In this document: positions 21,299 through 31,284 of the stretch, in pieces
Numbering within the stretch: position 1 is the stretch's first letter
Layout of the letters: the number at the start of each line of letters is the position of its first letter
From: Anaerolineales bacterium
GTDB taxonomy: Bacteria; Chloroflexota; Anaerolineae; UBA1429
Length of the DNA stretch: 64,000 nt
Reading direction: 5' to 3'
Assembly (NCBI GenBank): GCA_046538105.1
Contig: JBKHJO010000002.1
Location: 31,730 to 95,729 of the forward strand
The notes under the pieces: generated by a model
Databases searched by the model: none
The model's input: the letters and a program-made list of their open reading frames with translations, nothing else
Told to the model about the DNA's origin: nothing
Made by a program: the position numbers and the translations under genes

Positions 21299-22246
21299 AT
21301 GGGACGATATATCGTTCGACGCATATTGTGGTTAATCCCCGTGTTCCTCTTTATCTCCATCGTCACCTTTGCCCTGGTGCACGCCGTCCCCGGCGGACCC
21401 TTTGACCGCGAAAAGCCCCTACCGGCCGAGATCAGAGCCAACCTGAACAAGCACTATGGCATCGATCAACCCCTATGGAAACAGTACACCGACTATATAG
21501 GTTTGACTCGCAACCCACAGGGAGAGTTTGCCGGCGTCCTTCAATGGGAATTTGGCCCCTCTTATGCCTCGCGCAGCCGCACCGTGAACGACATCTTTCG
21601 CGATCACCTACCCGTCTCCTTACAGTTGGGCCTGGTAGCCATGTTGATCGCCGTAGGCATGGGCGTGCCCCTGGGCGTGTTGGCCGCACTGAAACAGAAC
21701 ACTATATGGGACTATGCGAGCATGACGGTGGCCATCTTTGGTGTGTCGGTGCCCTCTGTGGTCCTGGGTCCCCTGCTCATCCTCCTCTTCGCCCTGACCC
21801 TGGGATGGTTTCCCGTGGCTGGATGGGGACGGCTGAAGCAGGTGATCATGCCCGCCACCGCCCTGGGGCTGGGCTCATCGGCCATCATCGCCCGCCTGAC
21901 GCGGGCCAGCATGCTACAGGTCACACGGGAAGATTACATACGCACGGCGCGCGCCAAGGGCTTGAGCGAAAAAGTCGTGATCGTACGTCACGCGCTAAAG
22001 AATGCCTTTATCCCGGTCGCCACTGTCCTGGCTCCCATGTTCGCTGCCGTCGTCACGGGGAGCTTTGTGGTGGAACAGATATTTGCCATCCCCGGCATGG
22101 GCAAATACTTTATCACCAGTATCAGTAACCGGGACTATCCCGTCGTGATGGGAACGGTGCTCATGTACGCCCTCTTTTTGACTGTATCGACTCTCGTCGT
22201 CGACATCATATACGCCTTCCTGGATCCCCGGATCCATTACGATTAG
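21299..22246 (+). CDS. ABC peptide transporter permease (OppB/DppB-like)
   Basis: 315 aa; N-term MGRYIVRRILWLIPV, EAA-like loop; 6 TM. Confidence 0.8.
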   Translation: MGRYIVRRILWLIPVFLFISIVTFALVHAVPGGPFDREKPLPAEIRANLNKHYGIDQPLWKQYTDYIGLTRNPQGEFAGVLQWEFGPSYASRSRTVNDIFRDHLPVSLQLGLVAMLIAVGMGVPLGVLAALKQNTIWDYASMTVAIFGVSVPSVVLGPLLILLFALTLGWFPVAGWGRLKQVIMPATALGLGSSAIIARLTRASMLQVTREDYIRTARAKGLSEKVVIVRHALKNAFIPVATVLAPMFAAVVTGSFVVEQIFAIPGMGKYFITSISNRDYPVVMGTVLMYALFLTVSTLVVDIIYAFLDPRIHYD

Positions 22247-22261
22247 AAAGGACAGTTCTTC

Positions 22262-23320
22262 ATGAGCAAACAACAACGGGCCGCTCGCCGTCTAACCACC
22301 GGTACGGACCGCGAGTCCCAACATAGAGTAACCAACCTGTGGCAGGACGCTTTTGAGCGCTTGCTCCGAAACAGGGCCGCCATCATCGGAGGCATCCTCG
22401 TGCTTCTATTGATCTTTTTGGGTATATTCGCCGATGCCCTTGCTCCCTATCATTACGCAGTGGGCAATTCGCAAGAAAACTATATGGTCCCCCTGTGGCT
22501 AACAAGGGTGATGCCCGGAAACATGCAGGATTACGCCAGCATAGGAAACAAATTCCCGTTGGGCGCCGACTACTTGGGGCGTGACCTCCTGAGCCGCGTC
22601 ATCTATGGTATCCGCGTGTCCCTGCCCGTTGGCTTTATCGGGGCCCTGACGGCCCTGATCCTCGGTCTCGTATACGGTTGTATATCGGGATACTATGGCG
22701 GAAGAGTGGACGACATTATGATGCGTATCGTAGAGATCGTATATGCCTTTCCCACGATGCTACTCATCATCCTGCTCATGGCCTTTTTCAAAACCACTTT
22801 TGGTGGCACGCCAGAACCGGGGACGGCATCTTATACGTTCAACAAGATCAACAACGCCATCGACGGACTCTTTGGTTTACAGGGCGGAGGCATCTTTTTC
22901 ATCTTTATGGGCATCGGGATTACGGCCTGGATGGGCACCGCCCGTCTGGCGCGAGGACAGATTCTCTCCCTGAAAGAGAAGGAGTTTATCGAAGCCTCCC
23001 GCATGATCGGGTCCAGCGACCTGCGTATCATTGTGCGGCACATCCTGCCCAACATCATCGGCCCCATCCTGGTCAGCGTGACGCTAGATATCCCCAGTTA
23101 CATAAACACCGAGGTGTTTTTGAGCTTCATCGGGCTGGGCGTCGATCCTCCCACTCCGAGTTGGGGAAACATGATCTCTGAAGGGGCCAGGTCTATCCGC
23201 TCCTATCCCAACCAGGTACTCTTTCCCGCTATCATCCTGTCCCTGACCATGTTTGCTTTCAACTTTTTGGGAGACGGATTGCGTGACGCGTTGGATCCTC
23301 GCATGCGAGGCACCCAGTAG
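22262..23320 (+). CDS. ABC peptide transporter permease (OppC/DppC-like)
   Basis: 352 aa; membrane permease with N-terminal extension typical of OppC. Confidence 0.8.
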   Translation: MSKQQRAARRLTTGTDRESQHRVTNLWQDAFERLLRNRAAIIGGILVLLLIFLGIFADALAPYHYAVGNSQENYMVPLWLTRVMPGNMQDYASIGNKFPLGADYLGRDLLSRVIYGIRVSLPVGFIGALTALILGLVYGCISGYYGGRVDDIMMRIVEIVYAFPTMLLIILLMAFFKTTFGGTPEPGTASYTFNKINNAIDGLFGLQGGGIFFIFMGIGITAWMGTARLARGQILSLKEKEFIEASRMIGSSDLRIIVRHILPNIIGPILVSVTLDIPSYINTEVFLSFIGLGVDPPTPSWGNMISEGARSIRSYPNQVLFPAIILSLTMFAFNFLGDGLRDALDPRMRGTQ

Positions 23321-23342
23321 AGACTCTAGCAGTGAATGGGGA

Positions 23343-25007
23343 ATGAACATGTCCAGGCATACCTGGCTGGGCGGTATAGGGCTGATCCTGCTCTCTTTAT
23401 GTGTCCTAAGTGGGGCCTGCGTCGCCGCCGGCTATCTGGCCTACAGGGGCTTTTGGGTCGGGGATTCCTCCCCGATCCCCCAGGTGGTTCCCCCTGGCAA
23501 GGTACAGCGGGAAGATACGGGGGGAACTCTCCGCGTCCTTGGCGGACAGCCCCCGACACTGGACCCGGCCATGGTACAGGACAGCACATCTGCAGAATAT
23601 GTGGTCCATCTCTATAGCGGTCTGGTAGCCCTCAACGAGAAACGGGAGATCGTACCCGATCTGGCCAGGGAATGGGAATTCGATCACGACGATACCACGT
23701 ATACCTTTCATCTGGAGGAAGCGATCCAATTCGCCGATGGAACTCCCATCACCGCGCAGGACATCGTCTATTCTATAGAGCGGGCCTGTGACCCGCGGCT
23801 GGGCTCCCCCGTGGCAGAAGCCTATTTGGGAGATATTGTGGGGGCAAGGGCCTTTATGGACGGAGAAGCGGAACGGATCGCGGGCCTGGAAATTCTAGAT
23901 TCGCATACTCTGCAGATTGATATAGCTGCGCCCAAAGCCTACTTTTTGGCCAAACTCACCTATCCCACGGCCTTTGTGGTGGATGAAGAGCAAATAACAC
24001 AGGAGGGAACAGCGTGGCTGGAGGCTCCCAACGGAAGCGGGCCCTTTGTTCTGGAGCGCCACGATGAAGATGAGATTATCCTCCTACGCAATGAGCGTTA
24101 CTATGGAAAGAAACCAGCCCTCCAGAGGGTGGAATATGTGATGGGCGAGGGTATGCCCATCACCATGTATGAGAACGATATGCTGGACATCGTCAACGTA
24201 CCTCCATTCGAGATCGAGCGTGTATCGGACCCGTACAATCCGCTACATGACGAATTGGTGCAGAGCACGGAATTGAGTCTGCAGTATCTGGGCTTGAACG
24301 TGAACAGGCCCCCTTTTGACGACGTGAAGGTGCGCCAGGCCTTCGCTCAGGCCATCGACAAGGAAAAACTTGCCGGGCTTGTACTGAAGGGCACCGGCAC
24401 GCGGGCAGAGGGCATTTTGCCCCCCGGAATGCCTGCCCATAAGGCACCTCTGAGAGACTGGGCCCATGACTCCCAGGCAGCGCGCGAGAATCTGGAGCGT
24501 TCGTCCTATGGCACCGAGGAGGAAATGCCCGAAATCGTGCTGGCCATCAGCGGCACCAGCGGACATATGCCCGACACGACGCGGGCGATACGGCACATGC
24601 TCTCAGAGAGTCTGGATCTGGACATCATGGTACAACAAGTAGACTGGGAACACTTTTTGGATGACCTGAGCGTGCAACGCTATCAGATGTTCTCTTCTGG
24701 TTGGATCGCCGATTACCCGGATCCCCAGAACTTTTTAGATATTCTTTTTCACAGCAAAAGTTCTCAAAATCATACAGGATACCATAATCAACGGGTGGAC
24801 GAACTGTTGGAGGCGGCGCGGGTGGAAAGCGACGCGGCAAAACGCTGGGAGCTCTACCGAGAGGCGGAACGTATTCTCGTGCAGGAGGCGCCAATAGTTC
24901 CCCTGTATCATGGTATGAATCACTATTTGGTGAAACCCAATATCAAGGAGTTTAGTGCTGGTGCGGGACTGCGCCCGTGGCTGAAGGATGTCCGCATCGA
25001 GGACTGA
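23343..25007 (+). CDS. second ABC substrate-binding protein, family 5 (SBP2)
   Basis: Start moved to ATG 23343 (MNMSRHTW..., signal/TM LILLSLCVLSGAC); family-5 SBP; ORF-track start 23253 overlaps oppC. Confidence 0.7.
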   Translation: MNMSRHTWLGGIGLILLSLCVLSGACVAAGYLAYRGFWVGDSSPIPQVVPPGKVQREDTGGTLRVLGGQPPTLDPAMVQDSTSAEYVVHLYSGLVALNEKREIVPDLAREWEFDHDDTTYTFHLEEAIQFADGTPITAQDIVYSIERACDPRLGSPVAEAYLGDIVGARAFMDGEAERIAGLEILDSHTLQIDIAAPKAYFLAKLTYPTAFVVDEEQITQEGTAWLEAPNGSGPFVLERHDEDEIILLRNERYYGKKPALQRVEYVMGEGMPITMYENDMLDIVNVPPFEIERVSDPYNPLHDELVQSTELSLQYLGLNVNRPPFDDVKVRQAFAQAIDKEKLAGLVLKGTGTRAEGILPPGMPAHKAPLRDWAHDSQAARENLERSSYGTEEEMPEIVLAISGTSGHMPDTTRAIRHMLSESLDLDIMVQQVDWEHFLDDLSVQRYQMFSSGWIADYPDPQNFLDILFHSKSSQNHTGYHNQRVDELLEAARVESDAAKRWELYREAERILVQEAPIVPLYHGMNHYLVKPNIKEFSAGAGLRPWLKDVRIED

Positions 25008-25041
25008 AAAAAGAAGGATTCTTACTGGAGGAAGTACTACT

Positions 25042-26049
25042 ATGGAACCTCTATTACAAGTTAAAGACCTACGTACCGAATTCGTCACCCAGGATGGAAT
25101 CGTCCAGGCGGTCAACAGCGTCAGTTTTACGTTGGATGCGGGAGAAACACTGGGCGTGGTGGGCGAGAGCGGCTGTGGCAAAAGCGTCAGCGTGCTTTCG
25201 ATGATGCGGCTCATTCCCGAGCCCCCGGGTCGCATTGTGGACGGCGAGGTGCTGTTCGAGGGAAGGGATCTGCTTCAGATAAGCAAAGAGGATATCCGCC
25301 GTGTGCGGGGTAACGACATCGCCATGATCTTTCAGGACCCCATGACGTCCCTGAACCCCGTGCTGACGATCGGGCGTCAGATAAGCGAGGCCCTGGAACT
25401 TCACATGGGTATGAACAGACAAGAGGCTCGTGAGCGCAGCATCGAGTTGATGAACATGGTACACATTCCACAGGCCCAGGATCGCATCGACGATTATCCG
25501 CATCAGTTTTCAGGGGGTATGCGCCAGCGCGTGATGATCGCCATGGCTCTCTCCTGCGACCCCAAATTACTCATCGCCGATGAGCCCACCACAGCCCTGG
25601 ATGTCACCATTCAGGCCCAGATAGTGGACCTGATCAAAGAACTGCAGGAGGAACTGGGCATGGCCATCATCTGGATAACCCACGACCTGGGCGTAGTGGC
25701 CGGGCTGGTGGATCACGTGCAGGTGATGTATGCCGGCTATATTGTGGAACGGGCAGACGTACGCGAGTTCTATAGCAATCCCCGCCATCCCTATTCCAGG
25801 GGGTTGCTGGCCTCGCTTCCACGATTGGATGAGCAGGAACGCGAAAAACTTACTCCCATCGAGGGACTGCCCCCCGATCTCGTCAGTTTGCCACCAGGGT
25901 GTCCTTTTTATGCACGGTGTGGATACAGAGTAGCAAAATGTTTGGAGCGAAACCCGGAGCTTGAACCCATCGGCCCAGACGGACACGAAATAGCATGCTG
26001 GGTCGATGTCTCGGAGGACAAAGGGGGCATAAGATATGGCCACAAATAA
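25042..26049 (+). CDS. ABC transporter ATPase (OppD/DppD-like)
   Basis: Start at ATG 25042 after GGAGG; Walker A GESGCGKS, signature FSGGMRQR, Walker [13 protein letters not shown]. Confidence 0.85.
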   Translation: MEPLLQVKDLRTEFVTQDGIVQAVNSVSFTLDAGETLGVVGESGCGKSVSVLSMMRLIPEPPGRIVDGEVLFEGRDLLQISKEDIRRVRGNDIAMIFQDPMTSLNPVLTIGRQISEALELHMGMNRQEARERSIELMNMVHIPQAQDRIDDYPHQFSGGMRQRVMIAMALSCDPKLLIADEPTTALDVTIQAQIVDLIKELQEELGMAIIWITHDLGVVAGLVDHVQVMYAGYIVERADVREFYSNPRHPYSRGLLASLPRLDEQEREKLTPIEGLPPDLVSLPPGCPFYARCGYRVAKCLERNPELEPIGPDGHEIACWVDVSEDKGGIRYGHK

Positions 26050-27019
26050 CGATGTACTGATACAAGTTGAAAATCTCAAGATGTGGTTCCCTATCACTCG
26101 GGGTATCATATTCCAACGACATATCGGCGATATCAAGGCCGTCGATGGCCTGACTTTTGATATACGCCAGGGAGAGACCCTCGGCTTGGTAGGAGAGAGC
26201 GGCTGCGGCAAATCGACGACGGGACGCGCCATCCTGCAACTCTACCGCCCAACGGAGGGCAAGGTCCAGTTTGAGGATCGGGAGTTAACAGAGATGCGTG
26301 GGGAGCGGCTGCGGCTTATGAGGAGACGCATGCAGATGATCTTCCAGGATCCCTATGCCTCCCTCAACCCGCGCATGACGGTGGGGAACATTGTCGGAGA
26401 GCCTTTACAGGTACATAACATTCTGCAGCCGAGGGAACGCCGCGAGCGCGTTCAGGAACTATTGGAGACGGTGGGTCTGAACCCCTATTTCATCAATCGC
26501 TATCCCCACGAGTTCTCGGGCGGCCAACGTCAGCGCATCGGCGTGGCCCGCGCCCTAGCCGTTCAGCCCGACTTTATCGTGTGTGACGAACCCGTATCCG
26601 CTCTGGATGTCTCCATCCAGGCCCAGATCATCAACCTGCTGGAGGAACTCCAGGAAGATTTTGGTCTCACCTACCTGTTCATCGCCCATGACCTGTCTGT
26701 GGTGCGACACATCAGCGATCGTATCGCCGTGATGTACTTGGGCAAGCTTGTAGAGTTGACGACGCGCGACGAGTTATACGAAAACCCACTTCATCCCTAT
26801 ACTCAAGCGCTCCTGTCCGCTGTACCCATTCCCGACCCCGAAGTGGAGGATGAGCGAGAACGGATCATACTACAAGGGGATGTGCCGAGCCCCGCGAATC
26901 CTCCACAGGGCTGCAACTTTTGCACCCGGTGCCGGTACGCCACGGAAAGATGTGAAACCGTAAGCCCTGAATGGCATGAGGTGGAAGACGGACATTGGGT
27001 AGCGTGCCATCGGGTATAA
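26036..27019 (+). CDS. ABC transporter ATPase (OppF/DppF-like)
   Basis: 327 aa; Walker [19 protein letters not shown]-terminal oligopeptide-ABC extension with Cys pairs. Confidence 0.85.
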   Translation: MATNNDVLIQVENLKMWFPITRGIIFQRHIGDIKAVDGLTFDIRQGETLGLVGESGCGKSTTGRAILQLYRPTEGKVQFEDRELTEMRGERLRLMRRRMQMIFQDPYASLNPRMTVGNIVGEPLQVHNILQPRERRERVQELLETVGLNPYFINRYPHEFSGGQRQRIGVARALAVQPDFIVCDEPVSALDVSIQAQIINLLEELQEDFGLTYLFIAHDLSVVRHISDRIAVMYLGKLVELTTRDELYENPLHPYTQALLSAVPIPDPEVEDERERIILQGDVPSPANPPQGCNFCTRCRYATERCETVSPEWHEVEDGHWVACHRV

Positions 27020-27030
27020 TATCAGCCCAT

Positions 27031-27070
27031 AAAAAAGAGGCCCCCTTTGAGAAAAAGGGGCCTCTTTTTT
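27031..27070. terminator. bidirectional intrinsic terminator between convergent oppF and anti-sigma gene
   Basis: A6-GAGGCCCCCTTT / AAAGGGGCCTC-T6 hairpin: A-tract on one side and T-tract on the other. Confidence 0.75.
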
Positions 27071-27084
27071 GCCCACAGACCCGA

Positions 27085-27432
27085 TCAGTCCTCAGAAGTC
27101 ACCAGATGAATATAAAAGATCACCACGGCGACGGTCACTAAGATAGTCAGGACGCCCGCCGAAAGGCCCAACAGGATAGCCTCTCGGAGTGGCCGTGGAT
27201 AGTCGACCACAAGTCCGGACACCCGGTGTTTTGCCGCCAGACTGAGATCATCCCTCAGCCTCTTCCGAAAGCGATCAGAGGGTTTGACAGAAGGAAGGGC
27301 CACCTCCATGGTGCTCTCCAACTCCTCCATCTCATCCACATCATGGGACCACAGACCCAACGCTTCCAACACATAGGCCAGAAAATCACGCATGGTATCT
27401 ACCATGCGCCAGGTCGTTGTTCTCAGACTCAC
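27085..27432 (-). CDS. small membrane protein, putative anti-sigma factor for adjacent ECF sigma
   Basis: 115 aa; C-terminal TM LLGLSAGVLTILVTVAVVIFYI; 4-nt overlap with upstream sigma gene (translational coupling). Confidence 0.45.
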   Translation of the reverse strand: MSLRTTTWRMVDTMRDFLAYVLEALGLWSHDVDEMEELESTMEVALPSVKPSDRFRKRLRDDLSLAAKHRVSGLVVDYPRPLREAILLGLSAGVLTILVTVAVVIFYIHLVTSED

Positions 27433-27983
27433 TCGACACCCAGACCTTTCTCTGCCATCTTCTCACGGAGTTCCACAAGGGTGCGATGATAGAGCGACTT
27501 GATAGCCCCTTCGCTTCGCCCCATAATCGTACCGATCTCCTTATTGGTAAGCCCCTCGGTGAACTTGAGTACAAGCAACTCCTGACGGGCGGAATCGAGG
27601 GTACGGAGTACATCGCGCAGGAGCCGCACATCATATCCCAATTCCGCCACGCTCTCTGGCTGTGGCTCTACCACGTTGCGCAATACCGTCGCATCGAGGG
27701 ATACGACAGATTTACGACTATTGTCCCGATGCCAATTGGCCATAAGATTGTGTGCAATGCGATATAACCAGGCGGAAAAAGGAAACCCCCTATCCTCATA
27801 GTCAGGCAAGTGTGAAAGCGCCCGATAGAAGGTTCTCGATGTGAGATCCTCGGCATCGCGCACGTTGCCAACGCGGCGATAGAGATAAGCATATATGCGA
27901 TCCACATAGTGTTCGTATATCCTGTCAAAGGCGCGAGGGTCCTCCTTTGCCGCCTCAACACACGCTTTCTCGTCCCATTCCAT
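27429..27983 (-). CDS. ECF-type RNA polymerase sigma-70 factor
   Basis: 184 aa; sigma70 region 2 (YRIAHNLMANWHRD) and region 4 HTH (LTNKEIGTIMGRSEGAIKSLYHRTL). Confidence 0.8.
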   Translation of the reverse strand: MEWDEKACVEAAKEDPRAFDRIYEHYVDRIYAYLYRRVGNVRDAEDLTSRTFYRALSHLPDYEDRGFPFSAWLYRIAHNLMANWHRDNSRKSVVSLDATVLRNVVEPQPESVAELGYDVRLLRDVLRTLDSARQELLVLKFTEGLTNKEIGTIMGRSEGAIKSLYHRTLVELREKMAEKGLGVE

Positions 27984-28174
27984 GCGAGCGTTACTACCTT
28001 TCCCTCACTATAACACCCATAGCCCCGCGCCGTTTCGATCTCCTGCCCCTGGCAAATGATGAGCAAGACAGATAACAGTTTATCTCTCATGCCTCGTATG
28101 TCAAAATCGGCTGCCCTGAAAATGATCAGAGCCCAGATGACAGAACATACCCTCCTGGGAAGCCAGAATCATAT

Positions 28175-28203
28175 TTGCGGAAGGTAGAGAAATATGCTAA
28201 AAT
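28175..28203 (+). promoter_or_regulatory. sigma-A-type promoter for tRNA-Gln (TTGCGG-17-TAAAAT)
   Basis: TTGCGG 28175-28180, 17-nt spacer, TAAAAT 28198-28203, 11 nt before tRNA 5' end. Confidence 0.5.
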
Positions 28204-28214
28204 TGCGTCTGTGA

Positions 28215-28285
28215 TGAGGGATCGTCTAATGGTAGGACGGCTGACTCTGGATCAGTAAATCGGGGTTCGAATCCCTGTCCCTCAG
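28215..28285 (+). tRNA. tRNA-Gln (anticodon CTG)
   Basis: Cloverleaf folded by hand: acceptor tgaggga/tccctca, D-loop taatggtag, anticodon loop ctCTGga, T-loop ggttcgaatcc, discriminator G; CCA not encoded. Confidence 0.8.
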
Positions 28286-28290
28286 TGAAA

Positions 28291-28336
28291 GCGGGCTGAC
28301 GTGGACCACGTCAGCCCGCTTCTCCTTTCTTTCTCC
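28291..28336 (+). terminator. hairpin + T-rich tract after tRNA-Gln
   Basis: gcgggctgacg-tggacca-cgtcagcccgc followed by ttctcctttctttctcc. Confidence 0.55.
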
Positions 28337-28366
28337 CTTGCTAGCCTTCAGGGGCATCCTGGATAT

Positions 28367-29419
28367 TCAGGGTATAATCAACGTCTTCAGCGACTGTTGG
28401 GATCCCAAAGACTCGGCCTCTTGCGCAAAAACATCGGCGATCTCGTCGAGAGCATAACGATCCGAGTTTTTCAATATGATATCCACGTCAAAGACGCCTC
28501 GGCGCACGGCGCGGTATGCCTCCCGGGCATTCTCCACCGCCTGGAGTTTGGTATAGTGCATAGCATTCAGATTTTGCACCTTTAACCCATCCTCGTGGAA
28601 ACGATGAAAACAGAATTCCTCAATGGGCGCATAATTATCCCCATACAGGGCGAGGACACCGTTGTGGGCCACCATGCCCAGGGCCTGCACGATGCCGATG
28701 CCCGTGCCACCCACGGCGTCCACGGCCACATCCACCCCTTTATCGTCGGTTAACTCGTTCACCCGCGCCACGGGATCCTCCTCCTGCGCATTGATGACCA
28801 CGTCGGCGCCCAGTTCCTCGGCCACCTTCAACTTCTCCTCGACCACGTCCACGACGACGACCATGGAGGCACCGGCTTTGATCGCTCCCTGCAAGAGGAT
28901 ATTGCCCGCAAAGCCAGCGCCATTGACGGCCACCGTGTCGCCGAGCCTGATATCTATCCGTCGCGCCGCCCAGGCCGCACAAGCCAGTGCCTCGTAGAGA
29001 CATCCTACCTCGAAAGAGACTCCCTCTGGAATGGGCTGCACGTTGCTGATATCCGTGACCCAATAGTCAGTATAGGTGGGAAAGACGAGGCTGCCCACAC
29101 GATCTCCAACAGAGACCTCGCCTCCCCCCAGATATTCTTCCACAGCCGAACCAACCTCCACGATGGTGCCGCCCCCCTCGTGACCCAGGGGCCCCATGGG
29201 ATAGGTATGTTGTAGTTCGCCCCCCTCTGCCCGTTCGTCCGGACGCCCTCGGGCTTCATCCTCCGCCCTTACAGAGATGCCACGATAAAAGTATCTCTCC
29301 GAGCCACATACCGATGCCTGATGCACCTGTAGCAGAACATCGTTGGGTCCCAGTTCGGGGAGGGTCATTGTATCCATGATGATCTCCCCGACATCCAGAT
29401 AGACTACTCGCGTATCCAT
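28367..29419 (-). CDS. zinc-dependent alcohol dehydrogenase (MDR family)
   Basis: 350 aa; catalytic Zn motif region ...QASVCGSERYF..., Rossmann VNGAGFAGNILLQ. Confidence 0.7.
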   Translation of the reverse strand: MDTRVVYLDVGEIIMDTMTLPELGPNDVLLQVHQASVCGSERYFYRGISVRAEDEARGRPDERAEGGELQHTYPMGPLGHEGGGTIVEVGSAVEEYLGGGEVSVGDRVGSLVFPTYTDYWVTDISNVQPIPEGVSFEVGCLYEALACAAWAARRIDIRLGDTVAVNGAGFAGNILLQGAIKAGASMVVVVDVVEEKLKVAEELGADVVINAQEEDPVARVNELTDDKGVDVAVDAVGGTGIGIVQALGMVAHNGVLALYGDNYAPIEEFCFHRFHEDGLKVQNLNAMHYTKLQAVENAREAYRAVRRGVFDVDIILKNSDRYALDEIADVFAQEAESLGSQQSLKTLIIP

Positions 29420-29753
29420 GAACGCTCTCTCCTTTCGATGTTATCTCTGGCGAACCAAAAGCGGCCTGCCGCAGACTATTACCTTATCATATGCGTTATC
29501 GGATGTGTGTACAAAGAGCAAAGTGGCGATCATCAGGATCGAGGTCGTGGCCCGTCAACACGCCGTGTGCCTTCCCAGGCGAATCGTCTACCAGCGGGTC
29601 GGCGCAAGAGAAAAGACGCCATGGGATGAGGGATGAAACTGCGACGTAATAGATCCCACAGCGTCTTACACCTACATGGTATCATATCTTTCCGTGGTGC
29701 CAAGTTCAATCAAAGCGGAGGGACGCTCAACATGCCAGGCAATCGCGAAATCA

Positions 29754-30935
29754 TCAGGCCAACCCCCGCCCGCGATGCTTCTCGGCGATGGCAAGAGCCA
29801 GATCATCCAGGGCCGCATAGGTATCCTCGTCCGGCAAGCCCTCACAGAGGACGGGATCGAGGATCTCCACCTTCAGATCTCCGATCTGGTGAGCGATCTG
29901 ATCTACCGCCTGGCTCCCCCAACCATAGGAACCAACGACGGAAGCGAACGCGACTTTGGGCCGGAGTGCGTTGGCCAGATAGGCAGCATACACCACATTG
30001 GGATGAGGGCCCCGATGGACCGTAGGGGTCCCTATGACGATGGTCGCGGCGTCCACCAAGGTAATGGCCACCTTGCCGATATCGGTCACCGAGAGATCGA
30101 ACTGATGGACGGTAATCCCCTCGCTCACCAGGGCGCTTACCAGGTACTCCACCATCCTACGCGTGCTGCCATGCATGGAGGTATAGGGCAGAACGACCTC
30201 ATTTTTTGGCTCGTCCGACACCCAATCCCCATAGGCATCGACGATGAACGATGGCCGATCATAGAGGGGGCCATGGCTGGGCGCGATGACGTCAATAGCG
30301 TAATCCTCCAACTTTTCCAGATTTCTCCTGATGACACGGCGAAAGGGCATCATGATCTCCGCATAGTAACGTTTGGCAGCCTCATAAACCCGCCCCTCAT
30401 CCTTAACATAGAGATCGGAGGTAGCCAGATGGGAGCCAAAAAAGTCGCAGGAAAAAAGCATGTGTTCCTCCGGCACATAGGTCGCCATCGTCTCGGGCCA
30501 GTGTACCCACGGTGTATGGATAAAACGCAACGTTCTATCGCCAAGGGAGATCTCTTCTTCATCCTCCACAGTGAGAAAGCAATCCTCGGCAATTCCCAGA
30601 TGACTAATAAGGAGTTCTTTTCCCTTGGGAGAGGCCACCAGCGCGGCCTCGGGATAGATCTCAAGGACTTGGGGGATGAGCCCCGAATGATCCTGCTCAG
30701 CATGGTGGGAGACGAGATAATCAACCTCTTCTATCCCCTCAAGTTGGGATAGCAACACATGCGCCATGCGGGGATCGACGGTATCAAGCAGGGCCACCTT
30801 TTCGCTACCACGAACGAGATAGGCATTGTAACTCGTACCATCGGGCAGCGGGATGAGAGAGTCGAAAAGGCGCCGATCCCAATCCACAGCCCCCAACCAA
30901 CTGACGCGATCAGAAATCTCTCGTACTTGCATCAC
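29754..30935 (-). CDS. flavodiiron protein (metallo-beta-lactamase-like diiron + flavodoxin domain)
   Basis: 393 aa; diiron ligand motif VSHHAEQDHSG, C-terminal flavodoxin-like domain. Confidence 0.7.
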   Translation of the reverse strand: MMQVREISDRVSWLGAVDWDRRLFDSLIPLPDGTSYNAYLVRGSEKVALLDTVDPRMAHVLLSQLEGIEEVDYLVSHHAEQDHSGLIPQVLEIYPEAALVASPKGKELLISHLGIAEDCFLTVEDEEEISLGDRTLRFIHTPWVHWPETMATYVPEEHMLFSCDFFGSHLATSDLYVKDEGRVYEAAKRYYAEIMMPFRRVIRRNLEKLEDYAIDVIAPSHGPLYDRPSFIVDAYGDWVSDEPKNEVVLPYTSMHGSTRRMVEYLVSALVSEGITVHQFDLSVTDIGKVAITLVDAATIVIGTPTVHRGPHPNVVYAAYLANALRPKVAFASVVGSYGWGSQAVDQIAHQIGDLKVEILDPVLCEGLPDEDTYAALDDLALAIAEKHRGRGLA

Positions 30936-31071
30936 CGGGCTCCTTTCCCTAGCAGTCTACAGACACATTTTATCAGAGCAACAGCACTCACGATGTGATA
31001 GAAGTCACACGAGCAGCGTCCCAGCAGTCCCCCGCCCCCGCCACGGAGAGATTATAAGAGACTGCGTCTTT

Positions 31072-31100
31072 TTGACAAGGAGAACAAGATATGTTATTAT
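31072..31100 (+). promoter_or_regulatory. sigma-A-type promoter (TTGACA-17-TATTAT) for EF-G paralog
   Basis: TTGACA 31072-31077, 17-nt spacer, TATTAT 31095-31100; gives ~180-nt leader. Confidence 0.6.
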
Positions 31101-31284
31101 CAAAATGCTGGTTCAGAAATATAGAATTTATACAAGCAGACGGTTTCGTCTTGACATGCTTGTCCGCATCAAAGACAGGATGCCTGGGCAGAACCGTCTT
31201 TTGTTGTCTGCTTATCAGATTCGGGGAATTCTTTCATTGGATGGCAGCATCCTTTGAGCAAACATATCAGTTTGACGAGGTACA

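Noticed and set aside
28090-28340. Integrated mobile element at tRNA-Gln or tRNA-Leu (common integration sites)
   Set aside because: No integrase, direct repeat of a tRNA 3' end, or foreign-looking gene block flanks either tRNA. The neighbours are core metabolic genes with host-like composition.
31091-31284. N-terminal extensions proposed by the ORF track (EF-G at 31091, SBP2 at 23253, oppD at 24988, azlC at 59581, azlD at 60309, grpE at 7064, uxuA at 51141, glyA at 54255, trmFO at 33421)
   Set aside because: The extensions overlap upstream genes or regulatory hairpins and lack family-typical sequence. Better internal starts with Shine-Dalgarno sequences were chosen.
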